A stretch of DNA of 64,000 bases from an uncultured Chloroflexia bacterium. GTDB taxonomy: Bacteria > Chloroflexota > Limnocylindria > QHBO01. Positions 52,540 to 62,855 of the stretch are shown one piece after another (positions within the stretch are counted from its first letter, which is position 1; each line of letters starts with the position of its first letter). Position numbers and translations under genes: made by a program. A model generated the notes under the pieces. That model worked only from the letters and a program-made list of their open reading frames with translations. It was not told the DNA's origin and searched no databases. The stretch covers positions 288,001 to 352,000 of the forward strand of contig CAWFCQ010000004.1 in NCBI GenBank assembly GCA_963814375.1, given 5' to 3'.

Positions 52540-53943
52540 GTGACGGCAACCGAGGTACCGCGGGGCGACGCGCCGCTGCCCCGCGAAGAGGCGCCGCCGA
52601 GCAGCGGAGGCGGATTCGACTCCTACTTCAAGCTCAGTGAGCGTGGGACGAACATCGGGACGGAGGTACGGGCCGGCATCACCACCTTCCTGGTGATGGC
52701 GTACATCATCTTCCTCAACCCGCTGATCCTCTCGAACATGTTCCCTGAGGGGGCGGAGCGCGACGCGTTCATCCCGGCGGCCAGCGCTGCCACAGCATTG
52801 CTGGCCGGCCTCCTGACCATCGTCATGGGGCTGGCGGCGAACTACCCGATCGCGCTTGCGGCGGGCCTGGGGATCAATGCCATCGTGGCCTTCACGCTCG
52901 TGCTCGGCCTCGGCCTGTCGCCGGCCGGCGCCATGGGCGTCATCGTGCTCGAGGGACTCATCGTCCTGGTGCTCGTGGTGGTGGGGCTGCGCGAGGCGAT
53001 CATGGACGCCGTGCCGCTCGCGCTGAAGCGGGCCATCGGCGTCGGCATCGGCCTCTTCATCCTCTTCATCGGTTTCGTGGATGGAGGGCTCATCGTTCCG
53101 GGCACGCCCATCGTGCAGTTCAGCTTCCCGGTCGAGCCAGCCGCCTGGGTGTTCGTTCTCGGGCTGGCGCTGACGATCGTGCTGTTCGTGCTGAAGGTGC
53201 CCGCAGCGCTCCTGATCAGCATCATCGTGATGTCGATCGTCGCCTACCTGCTGGGGCTGACACAGCTGCCAGAGAATCTCGACTTCGTGCCCGACTTCTC
53301 GACGCTGGGGCAGTTCAACGTGACCGAGGTCTGGAACCTCGGCGCCCTCGTGGCTGGGCTGACGATCTTCTCGATCATGCTCACCGACTTCTTCGACACG
53401 ATGGGCACGGCCACCGCGATCTCGGAGCAGGCTGGCCTCAGCACGCCTGACGGCAAGGTGCCCGGCATCAACCGGGTCCTCCTCGTCGACTCGTTCGCCG
53501 CTGCCGCTGGCGGCGCGGGCGGGATCAGCTCGAACACGAGCTACATCGAGAGTGCGGCGGGCGTGGCGGAGGGCGGCCGGACCGGCCTCACCTCGGTCAT
53601 CACCGGCATGCTCTTCCTGGTCGCCGTCCTCGTGACGCCACTCGCGACCATGGTGCCGTTCGCGGCAACCGGGCCGGTGCTCGTCGTCGTCGGCTACCTG
53701 ATGGCGACACTCATCAAGGACATCAACTTCGGCGACGTCGAGGAGGGCATCCCGGCGCTGCTGGGCATCACCCTCATGCCGCTGACCTACAACATCACGG
53801 TCGGCATCGGCGCAATGTTCGTCTCGTACGTCCTCATCAAGGTCGTGCGCGGCAAGTTCGGCGAGATCCACTGGCTGATGTGGGTGGTGGCGATCGCCTT
53901 CGCGATCTACTTCGCGCAGGCGTGGATCAACACGATCATCTGA
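52540..53943 (+). CDS. NCS2 family (AzgA/PbuG-like) nucleobase permease
   Basis: EVRAGITTFLVMAYII, DFFDTMGT, TSYIESAAGVAEGGRTGL, MPLTYNI. Confidence 0.92.
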   Translation: MTATEVPRGDAPLPREEAPPSSGGGFDSYFKLSERGTNIGTEVRAGITTFLVMAYIIFLNPLILSNMFPEGAERDAFIPAASAATALLAGLLTIVMGLAANYPIALAAGLGINAIVAFTLVLGLGLSPAGAMGVIVLEGLIVLVLVVVGLREAIMDAVPLALKRAIGVGIGLFILFIGFVDGGLIVPGTPIVQFSFPVEPAAWVFVLGLALTIVLFVLKVPAALLISIIVMSIVAYLLGLTQLPENLDFVPDFSTLGQFNVTEVWNLGALVAGLTIFSIMLTDFFDTMGTATAISEQAGLSTPDGKVPGINRVLLVDSFAAAAGGAGGISSNTSYIESAAGVAEGGRTGLTSVITGMLFLVAVLVTPLATMVPFAATGPVLVVVGYLMATLIKDINFGDVEEGIPALLGITLMPLTYNITVGIGAMFVSYVLIKVVRGKFGEIHWLMWVVAIAFAIYFAQAWINTII

Positions 53944-53980
53944 ACAAGCCGGCAGGCTGACCAGCCTGACCAGACCGATG

Positions 53981-54007
53981 CGCCCGGCCGGGCCCTCCGG
54001 CCGGGCG
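53981..54007 (+). terminator. 11-bp GC hairpin after the NCS2 gene
   Basis: cgcccggccgg-gccct-ccggccgggcg followed by TT. Confidence 0.5.
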
Positions 54008-54021
54008 TTACCGTGTCCGGC

Positions 54022-55066
54022 GTGAGCGAGCCACGGCTGCGGGTCGACGACTTCGACTACGAGCTCCCGACCGATGCGATCGCGCAGACGCCCGCCGAGC
54101 CCCGCGATTCGTCGCGGCTGCTCGTGCTGCACCGGGCGTCGGGGCGCATCGAGCACGCCCGCTTCCGCGACCTCGGGCGCTGGCTTCACGCCGGCGACCT
54201 GCTCGTCGTCAACGACTCGCGCGTCATTCCGGCGCGCCTCGTCGGCGCTCGACCCGGCGGCGGTGCGGCGGAGGTGCTCGTCCTGCGGCCGCTCGAGGGC
54301 GACCCCGAGCGATGGGAGGCACTCGTTCGGCCGTCGCGCCGGCTCAGGGTCGGTGCCGTCGTCACGCTCCGGGGCGGCGAGCGCATCGAGGTGGGGGAGC
54401 GGCTGGGCGGTGGCACTCGCGCGATCCGGTTCGATGGCGACCCGCACGCGATCATGGCCGATGCCGGCGAGATGCCGCTTCCGCCGTACATCACCGACCG
54501 CTCGTCCCCGCCCGACCGGTACCAGACGGTCTATGCACAGCCTCCGGGGTCCGCGGCCGCCCCGACGGCGGGCCTGCACTTCACCCCGGAGATGCTCGGC
54601 TCCCTCGAGACCGCAGGCGTCGCGCGGGCGGCGGTCACGCTGCACGTCGGGCTCGACACGTTCCGGCCGCTGGAAGGGCGAGTTCGTGGACGAGCACCAG
54701 ATCCACCGAGAGTGGTACGAGATCCCGGATGCGACTCGAGAGGCGATCGCCGCGACGCGGCGCGTGGTCGCCGTGGGCACGACGGCTGTCCGCGTCCTCG
54801 AGACCGCGGCCATCGCCGGCGCGGGCTCGGGCTGGACCGATCTCTACATCACGCCGCCCCATCGGTTCGCCGCGGTCGACGCGCTCATCACGAACTTCCA
54901 CCTACCGCGCAGCTCGCTGCTGCTCCTCGTCACGGCCTTCGTGCAGGCTGGGATGTCATCGGCCACGCCGACGCAGGCGCGTGATCGGCTGCTATCGGCC
55001 TACCGCGTTGCGCTCGATGAGGGGTATCGGTTCTTCAGCTTCGGCGATGCGATGCTGATCGTTTAG
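54022..55066 (+). CDS. queA: S-adenosylmethionine:tRNA ribosyltransferase-isomerase (frameshift near 54676)
   Basis: DFDYELP, PLPPYI, YQTVYA, AAPTAGLHFT, TLHVG; second frame AVGTT, TNFHLPRS, YRFFSFGDAM. Confidence 0.92.
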
Positions 55067-55070
55067 GCGA

Positions 55071-55766
55071 TCAGCCCTGGTCGTCGGAGCGCGACGGGAT
55101 GGCGGCTCGCTCGTCGTCGGAGAGCTCGAGGATCTCCTCGCCCTCGCCGATGGGAACGGCGGTTGCGCTGGGCCCTTCGGCGGCCTCGGGCTTCCCGGGC
55201 TCCTCGGGCGACTCCGCGGTCTCCTCGACCGCCACCGGCCCGACGCCGTCCGAGCCCTCTTCGTCCTCCTCGCCGGCCTTCGGCGCCGGACCGTCGCCGG
55301 TGGGCGGGATCGGCCGTGGGCCGCCCGGGATGACGCCGGGGACGTCGGAGGAGACGCGGCCGGCGGGAACGCCGAACGGCTCGGCCATCACCGCGCAGAC
55401 GCGTGCCAGGTCGCAGAGGGCCTGCCCCAGGTCCGGAGACTCGGTGGCGGCCTCGAAATGCGGGTGGTGGAGGCGGAACGACCAGCGGGTGCGGTGCTCC
55501 CTGGCCCAGAGACGGAAGGTGTCGGCGCGGAGCTCGACGCCGCGCAGCACCTGCCACGGGTACATGAGCATCGCCAGGCGGTAGCGGGCGGATGATCCGA
55601 ATGGGGCGTATCGGTGATCGAGCAGGCCGACCTCGGTGGCGACCATGACGCGGCGCTCGTCGCCTTCCGTGCCGGCCTCGATGGCGTAGACCGCCAGGTC
55701 TTCCACGCCGAGGCTCGCGATCTCCAGCGCGATCCATTCCTTGACCTCGTCGTTCAGGAACGGCAT
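55071..55766 (-). CDS. Hypothetical protein with acidic Pro-rich tail
   Basis: MPFLNDEVKEWIALEIASLG...; coding-like GC3; fills the queA-tgt gap. Confidence 0.65.
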   Translation of the reverse strand: MPFLNDEVKEWIALEIASLGVEDLAVYAIEAGTEGDERRVMVATEVGLLDHRYAPFGSSARYRLAMLMYPWQVLRGVELRADTFRLWAREHRTRWSFRLHHPHFEAATESPDLGQALCDLARVCAVMAEPFGVPAGRVSSDVPGVIPGGPRPIPPTGDGPAPKAGEEDEEGSDGVGPVAVEETAESPEEPGKPEAAEGPSATAVPIGEGEEILELSDDERAAIPSRSDDQG

Positions 55767-55849
55767 GCGCGGCCACTCGGTCAGTCGCACCCTGCGGTCA
55801 CCTCTCCGTCGTGCACGTACCCTGTGCGCTCCACCTATCCTCTGGGGCG

Positions 55850-56983
55850 GTGTCAACACCCGTCCCGATAGCGTATTCCTTCGAGCCGACCGCCGTCGGC
55901 CGCGCGCGCCTCGGCCGCCTCTCGACGGCGCATGGTGTTGTCGACACGCCCCAGTTCATGCCGGTCGGCACCCAGGCCACCGTGAAGTCGCTGACGCCGG
56001 GCGATCTGCGTGCCGCCGGTGCCCAGATGATCCTCGGAAACACCTACCACCTCAACCTTCGGCCCACCGCCGAGCGGATCGCGCGCCTCGGCGGACTGCA
56101 TCGGTTCATGGCCTGGGACGGACCGATCCTCACCGATTCGGGCGGCTTCCAGGTCTTCAGCCTGGCCGACCTGCGCCGGGTGGACGACGACGGTGTGACG
56201 TTCACATCGCACCTCGACGGCTCGACGCATCGGCTCACCCCGGAGCGCGCCATGGAGATCCAGCATCTGCTCGGCTCGGACGTGGCGATGGCCTTCGACC
56301 AGCTCGTCGACCCCGGCCTGCCTCGCGCTGACGTCGCCGATGCGATGGCGCGCACCCACCGCTGGGCCGAGCGCTCGCTGGCTGCGCGCGAGGGTGCGCA
56401 GGCCGTGTTCGGGATCATCCAGGGCGGCGTCGACCCGGAGCTGCGTCGCGAGTCGGCTGCCGCCATTGCGAGCCTCGCGTTCGATGGGATCGCCATCGGC
56501 GGCCTCTCGGTGGGGGAGTCGAAGGCCGAGATGGCCTCCACGCTCGAGGTCGTGGCGGAGGCCCTGGGCGACGACCCGCGGCCGCGCTACCTGATGGGCG
56601 TGGGGTCGCCCGCCGACTTCTTTGCGGCCGTCGAGCACGGCGTCGATCTCTTCGACTGCGTGCTGCCCACGCGTGTCGCGCGCACGGGCCAGGTCTGGAC
56701 CGATGCGGGCCGGCTCAACCTTCGCAATGCCGCCTTCCTCGACGATCCGGACCCGATCGATGCCGCCTGCGCCTGCGAGGCCTGCCGCAACCATTCGCGC
56801 GCCTACCTCGCCCACCTCTTCCGGGCGCGGGAGCTCCTCGCCTATCGCCTCGCGACCGTCCATAACGTGACCTGGACGCTGGAGCTGATGCGTCGCCTGC
56901 GCGGCTCGTTGGCCGACGGCTCGTTCGAGGCGCTGCGCGGCCGCATCGGCGCGGCCTTCGCACCATCTCGCGCATCACAATGA
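55850..56983 (+). CDS. tgt: tRNA-guanine transglycosylase
   Basis: TPQFMPVGT, NTYHL, TDSGGFQ, GIIQGG, GGLSVGE, RYLMGVG, DLFDCV, CACEAC...H. Confidence 0.95.
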   Translation: MSTPVPIAYSFEPTAVGRARLGRLSTAHGVVDTPQFMPVGTQATVKSLTPGDLRAAGAQMILGNTYHLNLRPTAERIARLGGLHRFMAWDGPILTDSGGFQVFSLADLRRVDDDGVTFTSHLDGSTHRLTPERAMEIQHLLGSDVAMAFDQLVDPGLPRADVADAMARTHRWAERSLAAREGAQAVFGIIQGGVDPELRRESAAAIASLAFDGIAIGGLSVGESKAEMASTLEVVAEALGDDPRPRYLMGVGSPADFFAAVEHGVDLFDCVLPTRVARTGQVWTDAGRLNLRNAAFLDDPDPIDAACACEACRNHSRAYLAHLFRARELLAYRLATVHNVTWTLELMRRLRGSLADGSFEALRGRIGAAFAPSRASQ

Positions 56984-57111
56984 CCACGCGCGCCGGGGGA
57001 TTGCTCCTTCTCGCCGCGATGTTGGGCGGCTGTGGAGCGGATCCGCGAGAGCAGTGGGCTCTAACTATCCATCGCGATGGATCGAGGCCATTGCACCAGA
57101 CGGCCGATTGA
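56980..57111 (+). pseudogene. Truncated lipoprotein fragment
   Basis: ATGA overlap with tgt; MTTRAGGLLLLAAMLGGC (lipobox), stop after 43 aa, then ~400 nt of less codon-biased sequence. Confidence 0.4.
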
Positions 57112-57531
57112 GGAGCGGTTGTCGCGATTTTTCGCGGCCTCGTACGCACGAAGCGCACCTCCAGGTGCTGCTCAGGCGTGTCCAGCCGCGGTAGATCGCG
57201 GGAACACCACCCAGCAGAGACGTTTGGTGAATTCCACGCGATTGATCGCGCCGGCGCTTCCGGTGGATGCTGGAGTGACCGATAGATCGGTCAGGAGTTC
57301 AGACGACCCGCTGATCCCGAGTGAGTCCGACCGATACACGCGTTCAACGAGGAACCGTATGACATCGTATGACGGCGGTGTACAATGGGTTTGCGACGGG
57401 GAAGCTGTCGCGAAGCGAGGCGTAGAATCGACCGATCGGCGCTCCGGTAAGCGTCGAGTAAGCCACGGATAAGGGCCGGGCGCGCACCATCGGCGCACGC
57501 TCGACAGGCTCACACTTCGGAGGTTCGAGCG

Positions 57532-57711
57532 ATGGCAAAAGGGCGGGATCGACCGCGAAAGGAGCCCAAGCGCAAGGCGAAGGAGAAGGCGCCGAAGAGC
57601 CAAAGCCAATCGGTGGCTCCGCCGCCGAGCTATCAGCCTCCCATGCGCCAGGTCGAGGTGATCAAGCCTAAGCGGAAGGAACGCGAGCCCGAGGCCCAGG
57701 ACGAGGAGTGA
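57532..57711 (+). CDS. Small basic/acidic protein (59 aa) upstream of recA
   Basis: GGAGG RBS; [59 protein letters not shown]; just under the ORF-track cutoff. Confidence 0.65.
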   Translation: MAKGRDRPRKEPKRKAKEKAPKSQSQSVAPPPSYQPPMRQVEVIKPKRKEREPEAQDEE

Positions 57712-57772
57712 GCATCAGCCCCGCTCCTCGGCGACCTGGAGGCCCAAGACCAACGAGGAGCGGAACGAGACG

Positions 57773-58840
57773 ATGGAAGCACCGGTGGCAGTGACCCAGA
57801 CCCCGGCGACCAAGAATGGCGACAGCGAGCGTGTCCGCGCCGTCGACGCCGCGATCCTCCAGATCGAGAAGCAGTTCGGCCGCGGGGCGATCATGCGCCT
57901 CGGCGACCGCGAGGCCCAGAACGTGCCGGCCGTCTCGACCGGATCGGTGGCGCTCGATCTCGCGCTGGGTGTGGGCGGCGTCCCGCGCGGCAGGATCACC
58001 GAGATCTTCGGCCCGGAGTCGAGCGGAAAGACCACGCTCTGCTACCACGTCGCTGCCAACGCGCAGCGCAACGGCGGCGTCGTCGCCTTCATCGACGCCG
58101 AGCACGCGCTGGATCCCGGCTACGCCAAGAACGTCGGCGTCAACGTCGACGAGCTCCTGGTCAGCCAGCCGGACACCGGCGAGCAGGCGCTCGAGATCGC
58201 CGAGACCCTGATCCGGTCCGGCGGGGTGGACGTCGTCATCGTGGACTCGGTCGCCGCGCTCGTGCCGCGCGCCGAGATCGAGGGCGACATGGGTGATGCC
58301 TTCGTCGGCCTCCAGGCCCGCCTCATGAGCCAGGCCCTGCGCAAGCTGACCGGCGCGATCAACCGCAGCCAGACCGCGCTCATCTTCACGAACCAGCTGC
58401 GCGAGAAGATCGGCGTCATGTTCGGGAGCCCGGAAACGACTCCGGGCGGCCGCGCGCTGAAGTTCTACGCCAGCGTCCGGATGGACATCCGCCGCATCGA
58501 GACGCTCAAGACCGGGACCGATGCGATCGGCTCGCGCACGCGGGTCAAGGTCGTCAAGAACAAGGTCGCCTCACCCTTCCGGGTCGCCGAGTTCGACATC
58601 ATGTACAACGAGGGCATCAGCGTCGAAGGCGGCCTGCTCGACGTCGGAATCGCGGCCGGGATCCTTTCGAAGACCGGCGCCTGGTTCAACTACGGCGACA
58701 TTCGCCTCGGCCAGGGCCGCGAGAACTCCCGCGACTTCCTCAAGCAGAACCCCGACATCGCCCAGAAGATCGATGGCGAGATTCGCGGCAAGGTCGCGAG
58801 CATCGAGGTCGGCGTCGAGGGCATCAGCGAGGCGGAGTAG
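57773..58840 (+). CDS. recA: Recombinase RecA
   Basis: [54 protein letters not shown]. Confidence 0.98.
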   Translation: MEAPVAVTQTPATKNGDSERVRAVDAAILQIEKQFGRGAIMRLGDREAQNVPAVSTGSVALDLALGVGGVPRGRITEIFGPESSGKTTLCYHVAANAQRNGGVVAFIDAEHALDPGYAKNVGVNVDELLVSQPDTGEQALEIAETLIRSGGVDVVIVDSVAALVPRAEIEGDMGDAFVGLQARLMSQALRKLTGAINRSQTALIFTNQLREKIGVMFGSPETTPGGRALKFYASVRMDIRRIETLKTGTDAIGSRTRVKVVKNKVASPFRVAEFDIMYNEGISVEGGLLDVGIAAGILSKTGAWFNYGDIRLGQGRENSRDFLKQNPDIAQKIDGEIRGKVASIEVGVEGISEAE

Positions 58841-58847
58841 GGGATCG

Positions 58848-59400
58848 ATGGCGCGGCGCGCCACCCGGCGCAAACCGCCCGCTGACCCGGCCGACCCCGC
58901 GGCGGCGATGGAGGTCGCCGCGCGGTTCCTCGCCACGCGCCCACGCAGCCGATGGGAAGTCGAGCGGAGGCTTCGGCGAGCCGAGTTTGGCGAACCGACC
59001 ATCGCGGCCACGCTGAAACGTCTGACCGCCCTCGGCTACGTCGACGACATGGCATTCGCGCGCTGGTGGGCGGAGCAGCGAGACCGGCACGCGCCGCGCG
59101 GTCGACGCATGATCGAGGTTGAGCTGCGGCAGCACGGCGTGCCGCGCGAGGTGATTGAGCCGTTCCGCGACGAGCACGCCCTCCCGGAACGCGCGGCCGA
59201 GGACGCGCACCTGCCGTCAACCGAGGATGATCGGGCCGCGCGAAGCCCTGGCACGTCACCTGCGCGGTCGCCCGATGCCGACCGAGCGCAAGGCGATTCA
59301 GCGCGTCGGGATGTTCCTCGTGCGGCGCGGGTTCGATCCCGACACCGTCAGGTCTGCGCTGCGGTCGGCGAGCAACGAGCCCGAGATCGACGTATCCTGA
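58848..59400 (+). CDS. recX: Regulatory protein RecX (frameshift near 59240)
   Basis: FLATRPRSRWEVERRL, LGYVDDMAFA, RGRRMIEVELRQHGV; second frame FLVRRGF. Confidence 0.82.
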
Positions 59401-59438
59401 CCGCAACGAACGCACGCGCACCGCACACGATCCACCTG

Positions 59439-59915
59439 ATGCCTCGAAGCCCTGCCACGACCCCCGATGAATACGTCGCCGCCCTGCCCCCGGACCGCCG
59501 CGAGGCGGTGTCGGAGGTGCGTGACGTCATCAATCGCAACCTGCCCGACGGCTACGTCGAGGGCATGGCCTACGGGATGATCGGGTGGTACGTGCCGCTG
59601 GAGCGATTCCCCGACACCTATAACGGGCAGCCGCTCGGCCTGGTGGGCCTCGCCAGCCAGAAGAACTACATCAGTGTCTACCTCAACAGCGTCTACGGCG
59701 ATCTCGAGACCGAGCGCTGGTTCAAGGACCGATACGCGGCCTCGGGCAAGACCCTGAACATGGGCAAGAGCTGCCTTCGCTTCAGGCACATCGACGATGT
59801 CGCGCTTGACGTCATCGGTGAGACAATTGCCCGCGCCGACGTCGACGCCTTCATCGCCCACCATCAAGAGGCTCGCGGCTCGTCCCGCCAGACCCGATCC
59901 AGGAGCGCGAACTGA
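59439..59915 (+). CDS. DUF1801 (YdhG-like) domain protein
   Basis: PDEYVAALP, YGMIGWYVP, LASQKNYISVY, MGKSCLRF. Confidence 0.85.
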   Translation: MPRSPATTPDEYVAALPPDRREAVSEVRDVINRNLPDGYVEGMAYGMIGWYVPLERFPDTYNGQPLGLVGLASQKNYISVYLNSVYGDLETERWFKDRYAASGKTLNMGKSCLRFRHIDDVALDVIGETIARADVDAFIAHHQEARGSSRQTRSRSAN

Positions 59916-60175
59916 CTTCCCCGAATCCCACGCTCACCCGTCGCCAAGCGCAGTCGGCCGAGTTGCGGCCCCTCCGCGGCTCCGCCGGCCTCGCGGACTG
60001 GCTCGACGAGTACCGGACCTTTTCACCGACCTCGGTGGTGCGCAAGGTCGCCGTACCGATCGACGACTGGGCCGAGCCCGACCTCTTCCCGCCCGCCGAT
60101 CGGCTGCACGACACGAACCCACGCTGGCGCGAACGCGCTCGGCGCGAGGGCTACGGGCGCCCGAAGACGCTCTGA
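59912..60175 (+). CDS. Small hypothetical protein, possible CTG start
   Basis: Frame open from CTG 59912 (CTGA overlap, AGGAG RBS) to TGA 60175; WLDEYRTFSPTSVVRKV... Confidence 0.45.
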   Translation: MTSPNPTLTRRQAQSAELRPLRGSAGLADWLDEYRTFSPTSVVRKVAVPIDDWAEPDLFPPADRLHDTNPRWRERARREGYGRPKTL

Positions 60176-60212
60176 GGTCGCCGGGCGCCGCATCGGCGAC
60201 TAGGCTGTGCCG

Positions 60213-61166
60213 ATGCGATACGCGCTCATGACCGAGCCCCAGCAGGGGCTCTCCTACGACGACATCGTGGCCGTCGCCCGCACCGCGGAGGAGTCCGGGC
60301 TCGAGGCCTTCTTCCGATCAGACCATTACGCGAGCTTCCCCGGTGGCGCCGGCAAGCCCACGACCGATGCCTGGGCGACGCTGGCCGGCCTCGCGCGTGA
60401 GACGAGCACCATCCGCCTCGGCGTGCTGGTCTCGCCGGTCACGTTCCGGGTGCCCGGCAACCTCGCCAAGGTGATCCAGACCGTGGACGAGATGAGCGGC
60501 GGTCGCGTCGAGGCGGGGTTCGGCGCCGGCTGGAACCAGGACGAGCACGAGCAGCTCGGCATCGACTTCCCTCCGCTCGGCGAGCGCTATGCGATGCTCG
60601 AGGAGCAGATGGCCGTCATCCACGGCCTGTGGACAGAGCCCGACGGATGGAGCTTCGACGGTGAGCGCTGGCAGGTGAAGGGGTCGAAGCGCCACGGCGA
60701 GATCGCCCGAGGTGGCCGCCGTCACCCGCACATCCTGTTCGGCGGCAAGGGCGGCCCCAAGCTCGCGGCCCTCGTTGCCCGCTATGGCGACGAGTTCAAT
60801 CTCAACTCGGCATCACCCGACGACGCCGGCCCGGCGTATGCCCGGGTTCGGGACGCATGCCAAGAGGTGGGCCGGGACCCCGACGAGGTCGTCTACTCGG
60901 CGATGACGGGCGTGTTGGTGGCCGAGACCGAAGACGACCTGCGCGCGCGGGTCGCCGACCTGCTCGGGGCGCTCGGCCAGAGCGGCGAGGAGGCGGACGC
61001 GTGGCTCGCCGAGCGCCGGCGGCGCTGGATCATGGGCACGCCGGACGAGGCGCACGAACGGATCCGCGCGCTCGAGAAGAACGGCACGCAGCGGGTCATG
61101 CTCCAGGACTTCCTGCCGCGCGACCTGGAGCACGTGAGGCTCATCGGCCGCATCTTCGCCACCTGA
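60213..61166 (+). CDS. LLM class (probably F420-dependent) oxidoreductase
   Basis: MTEPQQG, FFRSDHY, TDAWATLAGLARETSTIRLG, VDEMSGGRVE. Confidence 0.88.
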   Translation: MRYALMTEPQQGLSYDDIVAVARTAEESGLEAFFRSDHYASFPGGAGKPTTDAWATLAGLARETSTIRLGVLVSPVTFRVPGNLAKVIQTVDEMSGGRVEAGFGAGWNQDEHEQLGIDFPPLGERYAMLEEQMAVIHGLWTEPDGWSFDGERWQVKGSKRHGEIARGGRRHPHILFGGKGGPKLAALVARYGDEFNLNSASPDDAGPAYARVRDACQEVGRDPDEVVYSAMTGVLVAETEDDLRARVADLLGALGQSGEEADAWLAERRRRWIMGTPDEAHERIRALEKNGTQRVMLQDFLPRDLEHVRLIGRIFAT

Positions 61167-61325
61167 CCGCGCACCGGCCCACGGCCGGCCGTGGGACGGC
61201 TCCAGCGCAGCGCGCTACACTCGCGTCTTCCCGGCCGATGTGGCCTCGAACGTGTTCACCGACGCGCTCGCTCCGGCGGGCGCCACATCGCCCAATACGG
61301 GCTCCAACGTTTCGGGGGAGCCGAT

Positions 61326-62855
61326 ATGCCTGAATTCGTCGTCGTCATCGTGGCGGCGGTCGCCGCCGTCATCGGCGTGATCATCGGCTTCGTGGCGCGC
61401 CGGCTCGTGGCCGCCAACGCGGTCAAGAACGCCGAGCAGTACACGCAGCGACTCGTCGCCGAAGCACGCGCCAAGCAGAAGGAGATCGTCCTCGAGGGGA
61501 AGGACGAGGCCCTCCACGTGCGTCGTGCCGCCGAGGAGGAGGCGCGCGAGCAGCGCGCCAACGTCCAGCGTTCCGAGCGCCGACTCCTGGACCGGGAGGA
61601 GGCGCTCGATCGCAAGGTAGCCGCTCAGGACGAACGCGAGCAGGGCTTCGCGGATCGCCTCGCCGAGCTCGAGGCCGAGCGGGCGCGCGTGGCCGAGCTC
61701 CATCAACGCCAGCTCGTGGCACTCGAGCAGGTCTCGGGCCTGACCGCGGCCGAGGCACGCCAGAGCCTGATCAGCCAGAGCGTGGATGAGGCACAGGCGG
61801 AGGCGCAGCACCGGGTGCGGGAGATCGAGCGCCACGCCACCGAAGAGGGCGACGAGCGCGCACGGCGCATCCTGACGACCGTCATGCAGCGCATCGCGGC
61901 CGATCACACCTCCGAGGCCACGATCACCGTCGTCGCCCTGCCGAACGAGGAGATGAAGGGCCGCATCATCGGTCGCGAGGGTCGCAATATCCGGGCGCTG
62001 GAGCAGGCGACCGGGGTCGATCTGATCATCGATGACACTCCAGAGGCGGTCGTGCTGTCCGGCTTCGACCCGGTGCGGCGCGAGGTGGCGCGGATGGCGC
62101 TCAACAAGCTCATCGGGGATGGCCGGATTCACCCCGGTCGGATCGAGGAAACGGTCGCCAAGTGCCGCTCCGAGATCGAGGTCGTCATGCGCCAGGCTGG
62201 TGAGCAGGCGGCCTACGACGCCGGCGTGCCGGGGCTGCATCCGGAGCTCATCAAGCTGATCGGCCGCCTCAAGTACCGCACCAGCTACGGCCAGAACGTG
62301 CTCAACCACTGTATCGAGACGGCGCGGCTGTCAGGCCTGCTGGCGGCCGAGATCGGCGCCAACGTGGGCGAGTCGAAGAAGGGCGGGCTGCTCCACGACA
62401 TCGGCAAGGCGGTCGACCACGAGGTCGAGGGACCGCATGCGGCGATCGGCGGCGAGATCGCGGCCCGCTACGGCGTGAACCCGACGGTATGCAACGCGAT
62501 CGCGGCGCACCACCAGGAGGTCGATCAGGAGTCGATCGAGGCCACCGTGGTCCAGATTGCCGATGCGATCAGCGCATCCCGACCCGGGGCGCGCGGCGAG
62601 AACCTCGACAACTACGTCAAGCGGCTCGACGACCTCCAGCAGATCGCGCTCAGCTTCCCCGGCGTCGAGCGCTGCTTCGCGATCCAGGCAGGCCGCGAGA
62701 TCCGGATCCTGGTCCGGCCGGAGGACATCGACGACCTCGCCTCCAGCCGGCTGGCGCGTGACGTGGTCAAGAAGATCGAGGAGCAGCTCCAGTACCCCGG
62801 CCAGATCAAGGTCACCGTCATTCGCGAGACGCGGGCGGTCGACTACGCGCGGTGA
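61326..62855 (+). CDS. rny: Ribonuclease Y
   Basis: N-terminal TM, coiled coil, KH ([13 protein letters not shown]), HD (LLHDIGK), [20 protein letters not shown]. Confidence 0.96.
   Translation: MPEFVVVIVAAVAAVIGVIIGFVARRLVAANAVKNAEQYTQRLVAEARAKQKEIVLEGKDEALHVRRAAEEEAREQRANVQRSERRLLDREEALDRKVAAQDEREQGFADRLAELEAERARVAELHQRQLVALEQVSGLTAAEARQSLISQSVDEAQAEAQHRVREIERHATEEGDERARRILTTVMQRIAADHTSEATITVVALPNEEMKGRIIGREGRNIRALEQATGVDLIIDDTPEAVVLSGFDPVRREVARMALNKLIGDGRIHPGRIEETVAKCRSEIEVVMRQAGEQAAYDAGVPGLHPELIKLIGRLKYRTSYGQNVLNHCIETARLSGLLAAEIGANVGESKKGGLLHDIGKAVDHEVEGPHAAIGGEIAARYGVNPTVCNAIAAHHQEVDQESIEATVVQIADAISASRPGARGENLDNYVKRLDDLQQIALSFPGVERCFAIQAGREIRILVRPEDIDDLASSRLARDVVKKIEEQLQYPGQIKVTVIRETRAVDYAR

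Noticed and set aside
54670-54680. Programmed frameshift in queA or other genes
   Set aside because: No slippery heptamer or stimulator; indels are scattered across unrelated genes
57406-57428. TGTCGC-N11-TAGAAT as a PafBC/RecA-NDp promoter
   Set aside because: One mismatch and a spacer one base longer than TGTCGG-N10-TANNNT; no pafBC in the window
58521-59915. RecX-DUF1801 fusion suggested by the ORF track
   Set aside because: Artefact of the recX frameshift; RecX ends at 59400 and DUF1801 has its own start at 59439
61246-61258. GAAC-GT-GTTC upstream of rny as a LexA box
   Set aside because: Spacer is 2 nt rather than 4; better explained as part of the leader structure
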